Notes: generated by a model not told the origin, from the sequence alone. A stretch of DNA of 32,000 bases from an uncultured Thalassotalea sp. (GCA_947492575.1 CANLNK010000002.1:127304-159303), one strand, 5' to 3'; positions 17,771-25,596 are shown, counted from the stretch's first letter. Translations and numbers: made by a program.

Positions 17771-19195
17771 TTAACATTTTATTGACAATGAAATTACTTT
17801 TAACTTAAAAGCAAAGACCATAATTAATAAAAGAATCGGAAGATAAAATGCACTTGATAACCAAATGGAACTATTTCCAATCTGTATATAAGTCAAACAA
17901 AACACTGTAATAAGCGAAGACAAAATACAAATTGTAAAAGGTAATAACAGTTGCCTTAAGAGATTAAAAGCATTTACATTTGCATGACGTGAAAGCAAGA
18001 ATTTCAGATGGAACAGAAATAGAACGACCTGAACGCATATGAGCGCTATTGCCACCTGTTCGATGCCAAACTGAGCCCCAATATAAATACTGATAGGAAA
18101 CACTATCAATAACCCAAGGTTCCATTTAAATAACTGCTTAACTTTGCCAATTGCCATAAACAATGACCCCAGCGGATTCATACAAGATCTAACTAAACAC
18201 CAAATTGCGAATAATGTAAGTAATTGAGATAGATGTAACCATTTATCACCAAATAAGAAACTTACAACTTCTTCACTGAAAAACGCTAAGAAGCAATAAA
18301 TTGGGAAGTTAATAAGTGCTAATGTTGAAAGTAACTTGGTATAAATTATTGGTAAATCAGGTGACTTCTGCAATTTGGACATTACAGGAAACGCGACTCT
18401 CGTTAATATTGGGTTAATAACTAACGCTGGTTTCATACAAAACTGACGAACTAAGTTATACCCACCTAAAATTTCAGTTCCTAATAACTTACCTACTAAA
18501 ACCACATCAATATGTGAGTTAATGTAGTTTACGACGCCATCACCTGTTTGATAGGCACCAAAGCTTAAATAGCCAGAAAGACTTTTGTAAGAAGAAGGCA
18601 ATGTAGGCCTAATCTTAGCCGGCGATAGAATAATAAATAGCAGCGCTTGAACAGTTAAATTAGCTAAATAGCCATATACAAGCGAAAATACCCCATACTC
18701 GGCATTCAAACAGTACACAGCGGCAAGTAAGCCCGCTAATTGGCCAACAATCTCTACTTTACTGATAATGTTAAACATCAGTTGTTTTTGCAAAACTACC
18801 AAGTGCATTCTAAAGCAGGCACTTAACAAAAAAGCTGGAGACAAACTGGTGATTAACTGTTGCAAATGTTTAGCTTCGAAAAATAAAGCTGCCAACGGCG
18901 AAATAGCTATCATCAATGTTGCCACAAGCAAGGCTACGAACAAATTAATGACATATAGCTGGTTTACGTCATTTGGTTTTACTTCCTCTTTATGAATTAC
19001 TGCATTACCTATACCCAAGTCCATAAATACTTGAGCGAAGCCTACAAACAACATTAGCAAGGCATAACTACCTAATTCATCGCCAGTTAAGAAACGAGCA
19101 GCAATCGCCAATAAAGCTAATTGCGCGAAAGCTCTAATCAAGGTTGATGAGGTAGTCCATTTGATACCAGACTTTGCTTTTTCGAAAATCGACAT
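17771..19195 (-). CDS. wzx: Wzx-type (MOP superfamily) lipid-linked oligosaccharide flippase
   Basis: 474-aa polytopic protein with about 12-14 hydrophobic segments. Its N-terminus (KWTTSSTLIRAFAQLALLAIAARFL) is typical of the polysaccharide-biosynthesis-protein family. Its ATG directly abuts the stop of the GT56 gene. Confidence 0.8.
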   Translation of the reverse strand: MSIFEKAKSGIKWTTSSTLIRAFAQLALLAIAARFLTGDELGSYALLMLFVGFAQVFMDLGIGNAVIHKEEVKPNDVNQLYVINLFVALLVATLMIAISPLAALFFEAKHLQQLITSLSPAFLLSACFRMHLVVLQKQLMFNIISKVEIVGQLAGLLAAVYCLNAEYGVFSLVYGYLANLTVQALLFIILSPAKIRPTLPSSYKSLSGYLSFGAYQTGDGVVNYINSHIDVVLVGKLLGTEILGGYNLVRQFCMKPALVINPILTRVAFPVMSKLQKSPDLPIIYTKLLSTLALINFPIYCFLAFFSEEVVSFLFGDKWLHLSQLLTLFAIWCLVRSCMNPLGSLFMAIGKVKQLFKWNLGLLIVFPISIYIGAQFGIEQVAIALICVQVVLFLFHLKFLLSRHANVNAFNLLRQLLLPFTICILSSLITVFCLTYIQIGNSSIWLSSAFYLPILLLIMVFAFKLKVISLSIKC

Positions 19196-20245
19196 CTAAT
19201 GTCCTAGCAACTGCAGCCATTTAGGCGCTAGTGCGGCTTCTGTTAATGTATTATTTAGAATATCTGAATTCCTGCATTCGTTATCTAACGATGCTCTTAA
19301 TGATTCATAGCTAAACGAATGTAGAGATTCTGAACAAGTGAGTTTAAACCCCATGTCCGTAAGATAGCTAAAGCTAGATACTTTAGACTTCATAAAAACA
19401 GGTTTATTAAGGGCAAACATTGCATAAACCACAAACAACCCTTGCTGCCTATCGTGGCCAAATACACAAATATCAACATCTGAAAGTAACTTGGCATGCT
19501 GTTGTTTAGTCAACATGTCTTGATAAGCAGTGAATTTATCGCCAAAAATATCGTTACCTGCTCTAACAACTTGCTTTATGTAATCTACCTTACCTGCGTA
19601 ATTAAGTGTGCAAACCACTTTAATGTTTTCATCTGCTAAGTGCTTTAGTTGTTCAAACATTTCAAGATGGTTATTGGACTGAGCTGCCGAGTTTCCTACC
19701 AAAAAGGTAAGGGGCTTAGCAACGTTGGTTGATTTGCGTTCGTCAGTATTTTTTAAATTATCTAGATAAGCTTGTTCGAGAGGGTAAGGAATAACCAAAG
19801 CATCTCGGCGCTTTAAGTATTTTTCCACAAGCGCTGCATCACCTTTATTTAAACAAACAACGGACTCATAACGCTTACACAAAAAACGATGAATACATTT
19901 AATAATTCGTTGTTTAAATGTAAGCTTTGGAAGCTGGTAGCGATAAATATCTGCTCCCCAGAAAACACAACTTGCCCTAGAGGTTAGAGGATGGAACAAA
20001 AGCATTAGCCAAACTTTAGGGTCGAAGTTGCCGTGAATAATTAACTTGGTACTTCTTGGTAATTTATCAAGTTGTCGTTTTAAACCCTTGGCATCTTGAT
20101 AGTAATTAAAGCCGTCAATTTCTCGTTGCTCTGGTAAAGCAAGCGCCCAAAATTGCTGTTCCTCTGATACGTCCTTTAAACTACGAAAATAACTCGCCAT
20201 CGAGACGTAGTGATGAGGAGTATCTGCAAATATATGAACTATCAC
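19196..20245 (-). CDS. GT56-family glycosyltransferase (WecF/TDP-Fuc4NAc:lipid II transferase-like)
   Basis: 349 aa. IVHIFADTPHHY, LIIHGNFDPKVWLMLL, VFWGADIY, FLVGNSAAQSNNHLE and VFGHDRQQGLF are collinear with the conserved blocks of E. coli WecF as I remember that sequence. The GTG start overlaps the upstream stop (GTGA). Confidence 0.8.
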   Translation of the reverse strand: MIVHIFADTPHHYVSMASYFRSLKDVSEEQQFWALALPEQREIDGFNYYQDAKGLKRQLDKLPRSTKLIIHGNFDPKVWLMLLFHPLTSRASCVFWGADIYRYQLPKLTFKQRIIKCIHRFLCKRYESVVCLNKGDAALVEKYLKRRDALVIPYPLEQAYLDNLKNTDERKSTNVAKPLTFLVGNSAAQSNNHLEMFEQLKHLADENIKVVCTLNYAGKVDYIKQVVRAGNDIFGDKFTAYQDMLTKQQHAKLLSDVDICVFGHDRQQGLFVVYAMFALNKPVFMKSKVSSFSYLTDMGFKLTCSESLHSFSYESLRASLDNECRNSDILNNTLTEAALAPKWLQLLGH

Positions 20246-20970
20246 TGTGGTTCCTTCGATAGCTCTACTTTTACATACACTTTTTCACCTTGCTCATTAA
20301 CATAATAAGCATTGGCATAGTCACCGTGAGTTAGTGCTCTTAACAAGTCTAGGTGCTGCTGTAACGTGCCAGTACTTGTTAAATCTAATTGGCACAGCTC
20401 TTTAAAATCTGAAATTCCGTTGTAATTTCCGGTTTCTGATGGCCTACTCGCTGAATAGTCACAGGTAATCCAAGACAATAAGTGCTCTTCAATAAGCGCT
20501 ATCTCTTCCTGCTGAATTTTGTCATAAGCGCTTTGAGACGTATCTTCACTTGAAAGCGCTATCTCCCTCTGGGTAATAATGTCACCGTGGTCAATCTCTT
20601 TATCCATCAAGTGAACAGTAACCCCTGCAGGCTTACCATTAATAATAGAGAACACTTGTGGGAACCATCCTCTATTAAACGGATTTAAACCAGGGTGAAT
20701 ATTAATACACCTGACATTTGATACTAAATAGTCAGGGAATATCTGCTTACAATGTGCAGAAATAACGAGATCGTAGGATGCAGCAATTTCCTCAGCTGAC
20801 GACTTGACGTCAATTTTTGACATCCCCATTGCTTCTAATGCGGTAGGCACTTTATTTATCGAGCTATATTTATAATCGAAAGTATACTCTTGGTAACATG
20901 ATGCTTTAGTAATCCTAATAAACTCACTCACCAAAAGCACATTGTCAGATACGACAAGTATATTCATCAA
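20242..20970 (-). CDS. sugar N-formyltransferase (dTDP-4-amino-4,6-dideoxyhexose formyltransferase-like, VioF/WbtJ type)
   Basis: 242 aa. It has the formyltransferase core INIHPGLNPFNRG followed by VHLMDKEIDHGDII (Asn/His/Asp catalytic pattern). Size and context (after a DegT aminotransferase, with rmlA/rmlB nearby) fit this enzyme type. The probable true start is the ATG at 20967, one codon inside the track start. Confidence 0.8.
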   Translation of the reverse strand: MMNILVVSDNVLLVSEFIRITKASCYQEYTFDYKYSSINKVPTALEAMGMSKIDVKSSAEEIAASYDLVISAHCKQIFPDYLVSNVRCINIHPGLNPFNRGWFPQVFSIINGKPAGVTVHLMDKEIDHGDIITQREIALSSEDTSQSAYDKIQQEEIALIEEHLLSWITCDYSASRPSETGNYNGISDFKELCQLDLTSTGTLQQHLDLLRALTHGDYANAYYVNEQGEKVYVKVELSKEPQ

Positions 20971-22058
20971 AGTTCTCTATATTGTTTAAGGAAATCTATT
21001 ACCGTATCGCAAATATAATCTACTTGTTCGAAACTCAATTCATAGTACATAGGCAGGCATAGCACTCGGCTACAAATATCATTAGCTATTGGCGTCTCAC
21101 CTGCTCCCTTATAACACTCAACTAAACTTAAGCTGGGGTAGAAATATCGCCGAGTTTGTATTTCTAAACTGGCAAAATGGGCTTGAAGCGTTTCTAGCTC
21201 AGCTTCATTATTTAAAATTATCGGGGCATAAGCGCCATTAGGTTTACATGTTTCAGTAAAAAATGGGAAGCTGACATGGCCTTTGAGATTATTAATGTAT
21301 TGGGCTGCAAGTTGTGCACGATGAGAGGTGATACTCTCAACATGTTCAAATAAAGATAAGCCCATAGCAGCATGTATTTCACTCATCTTCGCATTTATAC
21401 CAACGAGGTTTGGCATATTATTAGCGTCGAAACCAAAATTAATTAATTGCTTCGCTTTTTCATAATCGGCCTTATTCTTGAACGCTACCGCTCCGCCTTC
21501 TACGGTGTGAAAAATTTTAGTTGCATGAAGGCTTATTGTCGCGGCATCGCCATATGCTAGTAGAGGCTTTCCGTCATATTCAGCACCAAAAGTGTGTGCA
21601 GCATCGTAAATAACTTTTAGCTGGTGTTCTTGTGCCAACGCTTCCAAGGTTTTTACGTCACAAGCATTGCCATATACATGCACTGGTAGAATTGCAGAAG
21701 CACTTTTTAGGGCGTCTGTTGAAATAGCTTTTGGATCGAGGTTCAAAGTCTCCCTATCTATATCTGAAAAGATAGGGTCTATACTTAAAGCAGATAATGT
21801 ACTACTCGTCGCAGCGAACGAAAAAGGTGTAGTGATAACTTTACCTTTTACTTCCAATGCCATTAATGCAACTTGGATAGCTAATGTACCGTTAGAAACC
21901 AATAATAAATATGGTACCTTAAAGTAGTCAGCTAGCTTTTGTTCAAGTTCCTGTAAAACGGGCCCATTGTTGGTTAGATAGTTTCGTTCAAATATATCTT
22001 CGATTCTGGCGCTGTAAGCTTCAAACTTTGGTAAGAATGGTTTGACAATCGGGATCAT
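20967..22058 (-). CDS. DegT/DnrJ/EryC1-family PLP-dependent sugar aminotransferase (dTDP-4-keto-6-deoxyglucose 4-aminotransferase-like)
   Basis: 363 aa. SLHATKIFHTVEGGAV contains the Schiff-base lysine context of this family. The N-terminus (NYLTNNGPVLQELEQKLADYF) is also typical. Its ATG overlaps the upstream stop (ATGA). Whether the product has gluco (VioA) or galacto (WecE) configuration cannot be told. Confidence 0.9.
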   Translation of the reverse strand: MIPIVKPFLPKFEAYSARIEDIFERNYLTNNGPVLQELEQKLADYFKVPYLLLVSNGTLAIQVALMALEVKGKVITTPFSFAATSSTLSALSIDPIFSDIDRETLNLDPKAISTDALKSASAILPVHVYGNACDVKTLEALAQEHQLKVIYDAAHTFGAEYDGKPLLAYGDAATISLHATKIFHTVEGGAVAFKNKADYEKAKQLINFGFDANNMPNLVGINAKMSEIHAAMGLSLFEHVESITSHRAQLAAQYINNLKGHVSFPFFTETCKPNGAYAPIILNNEAELETLQAHFASLEIQTRRYFYPSLSLVECYKGAGETPIANDICSRVLCLPMYYELSFEQVDYICDTVIDFLKQYREL

Positions 22059-23830
22059 TGGTTAGCATTGACCTTTTTACTTTCTGAACTTTGAACTACA
22101 CGGTTTACCTTCTGTAGAAGCTCTATAGCCATAGCATGGCTTGGATTAACAACGAGCGCGGATTCTAACAAATATTTTGCTGCATTAAAATTCTTTAGAA
22201 CGGCCTCGCAGATAGCAAGATTAACCAATATATATATCTGCTTATTATCCAATTGATATGCTTTCCTTAACCAAAATCTTGCTTTTTTATGCATTTTTAA
22301 ATCCATTAGCATCTTACCCTTTTGCGCATAAAGCATAGCTTTTTGATTTGGACGTTTTACTTGCTTTTGCAACTTATCTAATAAATTGAAAGCCTGTTGC
22401 TGCATCCCCAGCGAAAACAAGCATTTCGCATAATTTTGAAAAAGCTCTGGTTGCTTTCCTAAATTAGATGCATGAGCCATGTCATAAAGCCTTATCGCGT
22501 GATCAAAATAGCTTAACGCTAGGTGACACTGGTCATTATCTATATACATTTGCCCTAAGCTCATATACAGGCGAGGGTTGCGCTTCGATATCGAAATTTC
22601 ATTTTTATAAAAAGCAAATTTATCAGCCCAAACCTTTGCTCTCTCATGAGTAATAATGGATAACGCAGAAACTATTATTACAGACAGTAAAACAAGATAT
22701 GTTCTTAGCCTATTTACCTTTAGCAGAATGGTAAACAAAGATGCGATTAAAACACTGTGCATAATGTTAGGCAGGTAAGTTCTATGCTCGAAAGCGACAT
22801 CTCGAATAGGAATAAACGAACTTTCTACCGCGTGTAAAACATAAAAAGAAAAAAGTGCTAACGAAGCTAAAGGCGCTTTTTTGATAAAAGCTAACCCTAA
22901 TAAAATGAGCCCAATATGGAGTGTTAAATAAGTTAGTTCTGTTACTGAAAATGCTTTAGCAATCGTAACATCGTACTCAAGCCTAAAATCTAGTGGGATA
23001 TAAAATTGCTTTATGTAATGGGCTAGCACTGCCAATTGAGTGTAGAAATACTCTAACCTAGTTAATTCACTATTCTCTCGGGTAAAACTATCAACTAACG
23101 TAACCAGCTTATCGAAATTGCCGACATAGAAGTATGCGCTAAGCCCTGCTATTAACACAGCTGCTGCAAACAAAAAACCTAATTTATTTGGGCTTTTTTT
23201 AATAATTAAAAATTCAATCAGAAGAAAAACTAAAGGCAAGACAACAACATTCTGCTTGCTTAACATGGCTGCAATGAAGCTAAGGAAGCTCAACGTTAAC
23301 CATATGAATTGATGCTTACAATTAGCAGAGAGCCTTCCCTTCAAAAATGCGTACAAACTGAGCAGGCTAAAAAATGCGGCGATAAGTGCTATTTGCTGAA
23401 CAATATAAATGACAGCTTGAGAGTTTTGAGGGTGAAAAGCAAAAATAAGGGTGGCAATCCCCGCGGCTATTTTATTTATATTGCCATTGAGAGATAAGCT
23501 GTTACGGCTCTCAAAAGAAACACTCTGCTCTAACAAGCAAAGCAATATACCAAACACAAGAACACTACTAGCTATATGAATTAATAAACTAACAAGATGG
23601 TAACCTAGAGTCGAATCCTGAAAAAAGGAGTACTGTGCTGCAAACAAGCTGTACGGTAGGGTACGTAATCCATAAACGTTAATGATTTTTTGCCAATCTA
23701 CAGGCGCTTTAATCAAGCCATTGTGAACAATAGAACTAAAGTCGTCTAAGTAGAAGTCAGCGTTCAGACTAGGGAAGTAGATTAAAAAAAGTGTGATTGC
23801 AAAAAAAAGGAAGCAATAAAAACGTTTCAA
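22055..23830 (-). CDS. polytopic GT-C-like membrane glycosyltransferase with C-terminal TPR domain (TMTC/PMT-like architecture)
   Basis: 591 aa. Residues 1-~400 hold about 10-12 hydrophobic segments, with FYLDDFSSIVHN in the first predicted external loop (an acidic DD pair, as in GT-C enzymes). Residues ~410-580 form several TPR-like repeats (LGQMYIDNDQCHLALSYFDHAIRL, AKYLLESALVVNPSHAMAIELL). The TTG start has a GGAG 7 nt upstream. Confidence 0.6.
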   Translation of the reverse strand: MKRFYCFLFFAITLFLIYFPSLNADFYLDDFSSIVHNGLIKAPVDWQKIINVYGLRTLPYSLFAAQYSFFQDSTLGYHLVSLLIHIASSVLVFGILLCLLEQSVSFESRNSLSLNGNINKIAAGIATLIFAFHPQNSQAVIYIVQQIALIAAFFSLLSLYAFLKGRLSANCKHQFIWLTLSFLSFIAAMLSKQNVVVLPLVFLLIEFLIIKKSPNKLGFLFAAAVLIAGLSAYFYVGNFDKLVTLVDSFTRENSELTRLEYFYTQLAVLAHYIKQFYIPLDFRLEYDVTIAKAFSVTELTYLTLHIGLILLGLAFIKKAPLASLALFSFYVLHAVESSFIPIRDVAFEHRTYLPNIMHSVLIASLFTILLKVNRLRTYLVLLSVIIVSALSIITHERAKVWADKFAFYKNEISISKRNPRLYMSLGQMYIDNDQCHLALSYFDHAIRLYDMAHASNLGKQPELFQNYAKCLFSLGMQQQAFNLLDKLQKQVKRPNQKAMLYAQKGKMLMDLKMHKKARFWLRKAYQLDNKQIYILVNLAICEAVLKNFNAAKYLLESALVVNPSHAMAIELLQKVNRVVQSSESKKVNANQ

Positions 23831-23862
23831 CGATCAACTCCATTGATTGTAGTCAGTATTAG

Positions 23863-23899
23863 AAAAACAAAAAAGCGAGCCTAAGCTCGCTTTTTTTCT
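23863..23899 (-). terminator. rho-independent terminator downstream of the surface-protein gene
   Basis: Minus-strand sequence AAAAAAAGCGAGC-TTAG-GCTCGC-TTTTTTGTTTTT. A GC-rich 6-bp stem is extended by A/T pairs, closes a 4-nt loop, and is followed by a T run. It lies 16 nt after the TAA stop at 23915. Confidence 0.75.
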
Positions 23900-23914
23900 A
23901 AAGTACTATTCGCA

Positions 23915-25210
23915 TTACTTAGTAAGTACGCGATCACCGTCTGACTTAGTGAAGTATAGTGCTTTGATTTCAGTCGCTGTAGACGGAGTGTTAACAACTA
24001 CGTCAAATGCAACAACACCTGAAGTGATGCCAGCGTCAGCGATAGCTTGCTTAACAGCAGCAGAGATGTCTGTAACACCTTCAGCCATAACAGTAGCAAC
24101 ACCTTCGAAAGTAACCGCATCTTCACCAACGTAAACAGTTACGTCAACACCACCAGTTTGAGTAGAAGTGTTAGAAACAGTAACAGCTTGTGCGTAGTTA
24201 GAACCTACGTACATTAATGGGATGTGTGCTTTTGCACCGTTAAGCGTCCAAGAACCTGCAGCAGCCTTGTCTAAAGTAGCAGTAGAAAGCTCTTTAGTAG
24301 CGTCAGCTGGGTTTTCGTAAACTACGTCAGTAGAAACCATGAATGCTTGATCAGGGATTACTGTATCTTCTGGACCTTCAACTACTACGCTTACAGAGTA
24401 AGTACCAGCAGTTGCAGCAGCAAGATCTACGTCTAAAGAAGCAGACATGAAGTCTTCAGCAACTTCAGCAGCAGTACCGTCGATAGTAACAGTACCATCG
24501 TCGTCACCGCCTAACTCACCGTCACCGTCAGCGTCTAAGAATGAGAAGTCACCGTATACTGTGAATGCTTGCTCAACAGTAGTAACACCCATGTCAGTAG
24601 CTGCTAAAGTAGTTTCAACAGTCATAGTATCTTGAGTACCACCACCAACGAATGCTTGACGTTGTTCGTTTACGTCAACAACACCATCGAACTTAGCTGA
24701 AACTTTAGAAGAAAGCTCTGCTGCGAAAGTGTAAGCAGTGCCAGCAGCTGACTTATCAACGTCGATTGGACCGTCAACAGTGTCAACACGACCAGCAGCA
24801 GTTACTTTAACAGTACCTTTGTCAGCAGCACCAGAGATGTCTAACATTACGTCTGCTAATGTGAAAGTAGCGTCTGCGTCACCTTCTGCGAAATCTTCAG
24901 TTACTAAGTAACGCACAGCGTTATCTTTGTAGCCAAGGAATTCTAAAGAAGTGTTAGGATCAGCAATTGTAATTGCATCGCCATCTTCGTCTTCAGTTAC
25001 AACATCTGCACCTGAGAAAGTTACAGTGATGATGTCACCAGCTGAGTAATCACGACCTAAAACAACTGTTACGTCTTGCGCTTCAATCGTTTTGATACCT
25101 TGCGCGTACTCAACACCAATTACAGTGTCAGTAACACCTACAGTTGATGCAGCAGCGCCAAATGATGCAGTTGTGGCCACAGCAGCTGCAATAAGCGTCT
25201 TTTTAAACAT
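23915..25210 (-). CDS. secreted, highly acidic, Cys-free Thr/Val/Ala/Asp/Gly-rich protein; candidate S-layer or abundant surface protein
   Basis: 431 aa. It has a Sec-type signal peptide MFKKTLIAAAVATTASFGAAAS with an A-x-A cleavage context. There is no cysteine, and D+E greatly outnumber K+R (I count 16 K and 5 R). The RBS is strong (GGAG 7 nt before the ATG). Codon choice differs markedly from the neighbours (GGT, GCT/GCA, GTT/GTA, GAC, TTC, ATC, CGT) and the local GC is visibly higher. The gene has its own terminator and a 386-bp upstream leader. Confidence 0.55.
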   Translation of the reverse strand: MFKKTLIAAAVATTASFGAAASTVGVTDTVIGVEYAQGIKTIEAQDVTVVLGRDYSAGDIITVTFSGADVVTEDEDGDAITIADPNTSLEFLGYKDNAVRYLVTEDFAEGDADATFTLADVMLDISGAADKGTVKVTAAGRVDTVDGPIDVDKSAAGTAYTFAAELSSKVSAKFDGVVDVNEQRQAFVGGGTQDTMTVETTLAATDMGVTTVEQAFTVYGDFSFLDADGDGELGGDDDGTVTIDGTAAEVAEDFMSASLDVDLAAATAGTYSVSVVVEGPEDTVIPDQAFMVSTDVVYENPADATKELSTATLDKAAAGSWTLNGAKAHIPLMYVGSNYAQAVTVSNTSTQTGGVDVTVYVGEDAVTFEGVATVMAEGVTDISAAVKQAIADAGITSGVVAFDVVVNTPSTATEIKALYFTKSDGDRVLTK

Positions 25211-25341
25211 TATATTTCTCCAATTTCATGAAATTGAACACTATCCAAATCATTTGTTTGTGTTCTTTATCTTTTACCTTTCGGTTCTTCATTTGTTCGC
25301 AATACAGCGTCCATAATGAACACTTAATAACGAATACCGCC

Positions 25342-25371
25342 AATTTACAACCATAAAAGCCTAAAAGTCAA
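25342..25371 (-). promoter_or_regulatory. candidate sigma70 promoter for the surface-protein gene
   Basis: The minus strand reads TTGACT (25371..25366), an 18-nt spacer, then TAAATT (25347..25342). This would give a 5' UTR of about 125 nt. It is the best match I found by eye in the 386-bp intergenic region and has no other support. Confidence 0.3.
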
Positions 25372-25596
25372 CAGCCCAAATCAAACTTTGTTAATAAAAA
25401 TAAGATATTGGTTGAATTTTACGCACCCTTTAATTTTAGAGAAAGTTATCTCCAACTGTACCCTTAAAATCTATCGACTAGGGTTTAACTTAAATTTGTT
25501 TCAGTTTTTTTAAAATGTCTGAATTAGTATAGTGTGCAATGAAAATATCACACGCTATTTCACATTCTTACTGGCTGTAAAGCCGCTTATTTAGCC

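Noticed and set aside
12728-22058. The locus read as an enterobacterial common antigen (wec/rff) cluster, because of rmlB/rmlA plus WecE-like, Wzx and WecF-like genes
   Set aside because: The window has no wecA, wecB, wecC, wecG, wzyE or wzzE. A formyltransferase replaces the WecD acetyltransferase. Full rmlACDB and a Wzm/Wzt exporter are interleaved. Only a sub-module resembles ECA logic.
23915-25210. The 431-aa protein read as an RTX/T1SS substrate, an outer-membrane porin, a pilin or a flagellin
   Set aside because: It has a classical cleavable Sec signal, so it is neither a T1SS nor a flagellar substrate. It has no GGxGxD nonapeptide array. It has no G-F-T-L-x-E class III signal. The C-terminus ends ...RVLTK rather than in the aromatic residue typical of beta-barrel OMPs.
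25571-25590. Small hairpin (GGCT-GTAA-AGCC) just after the secretin stop, considered as a terminator
   Set aside because: It has only a 4-bp stem plus one wobble pair, and no following T run on the minus strand. That is not convincing as an intrinsic terminator.
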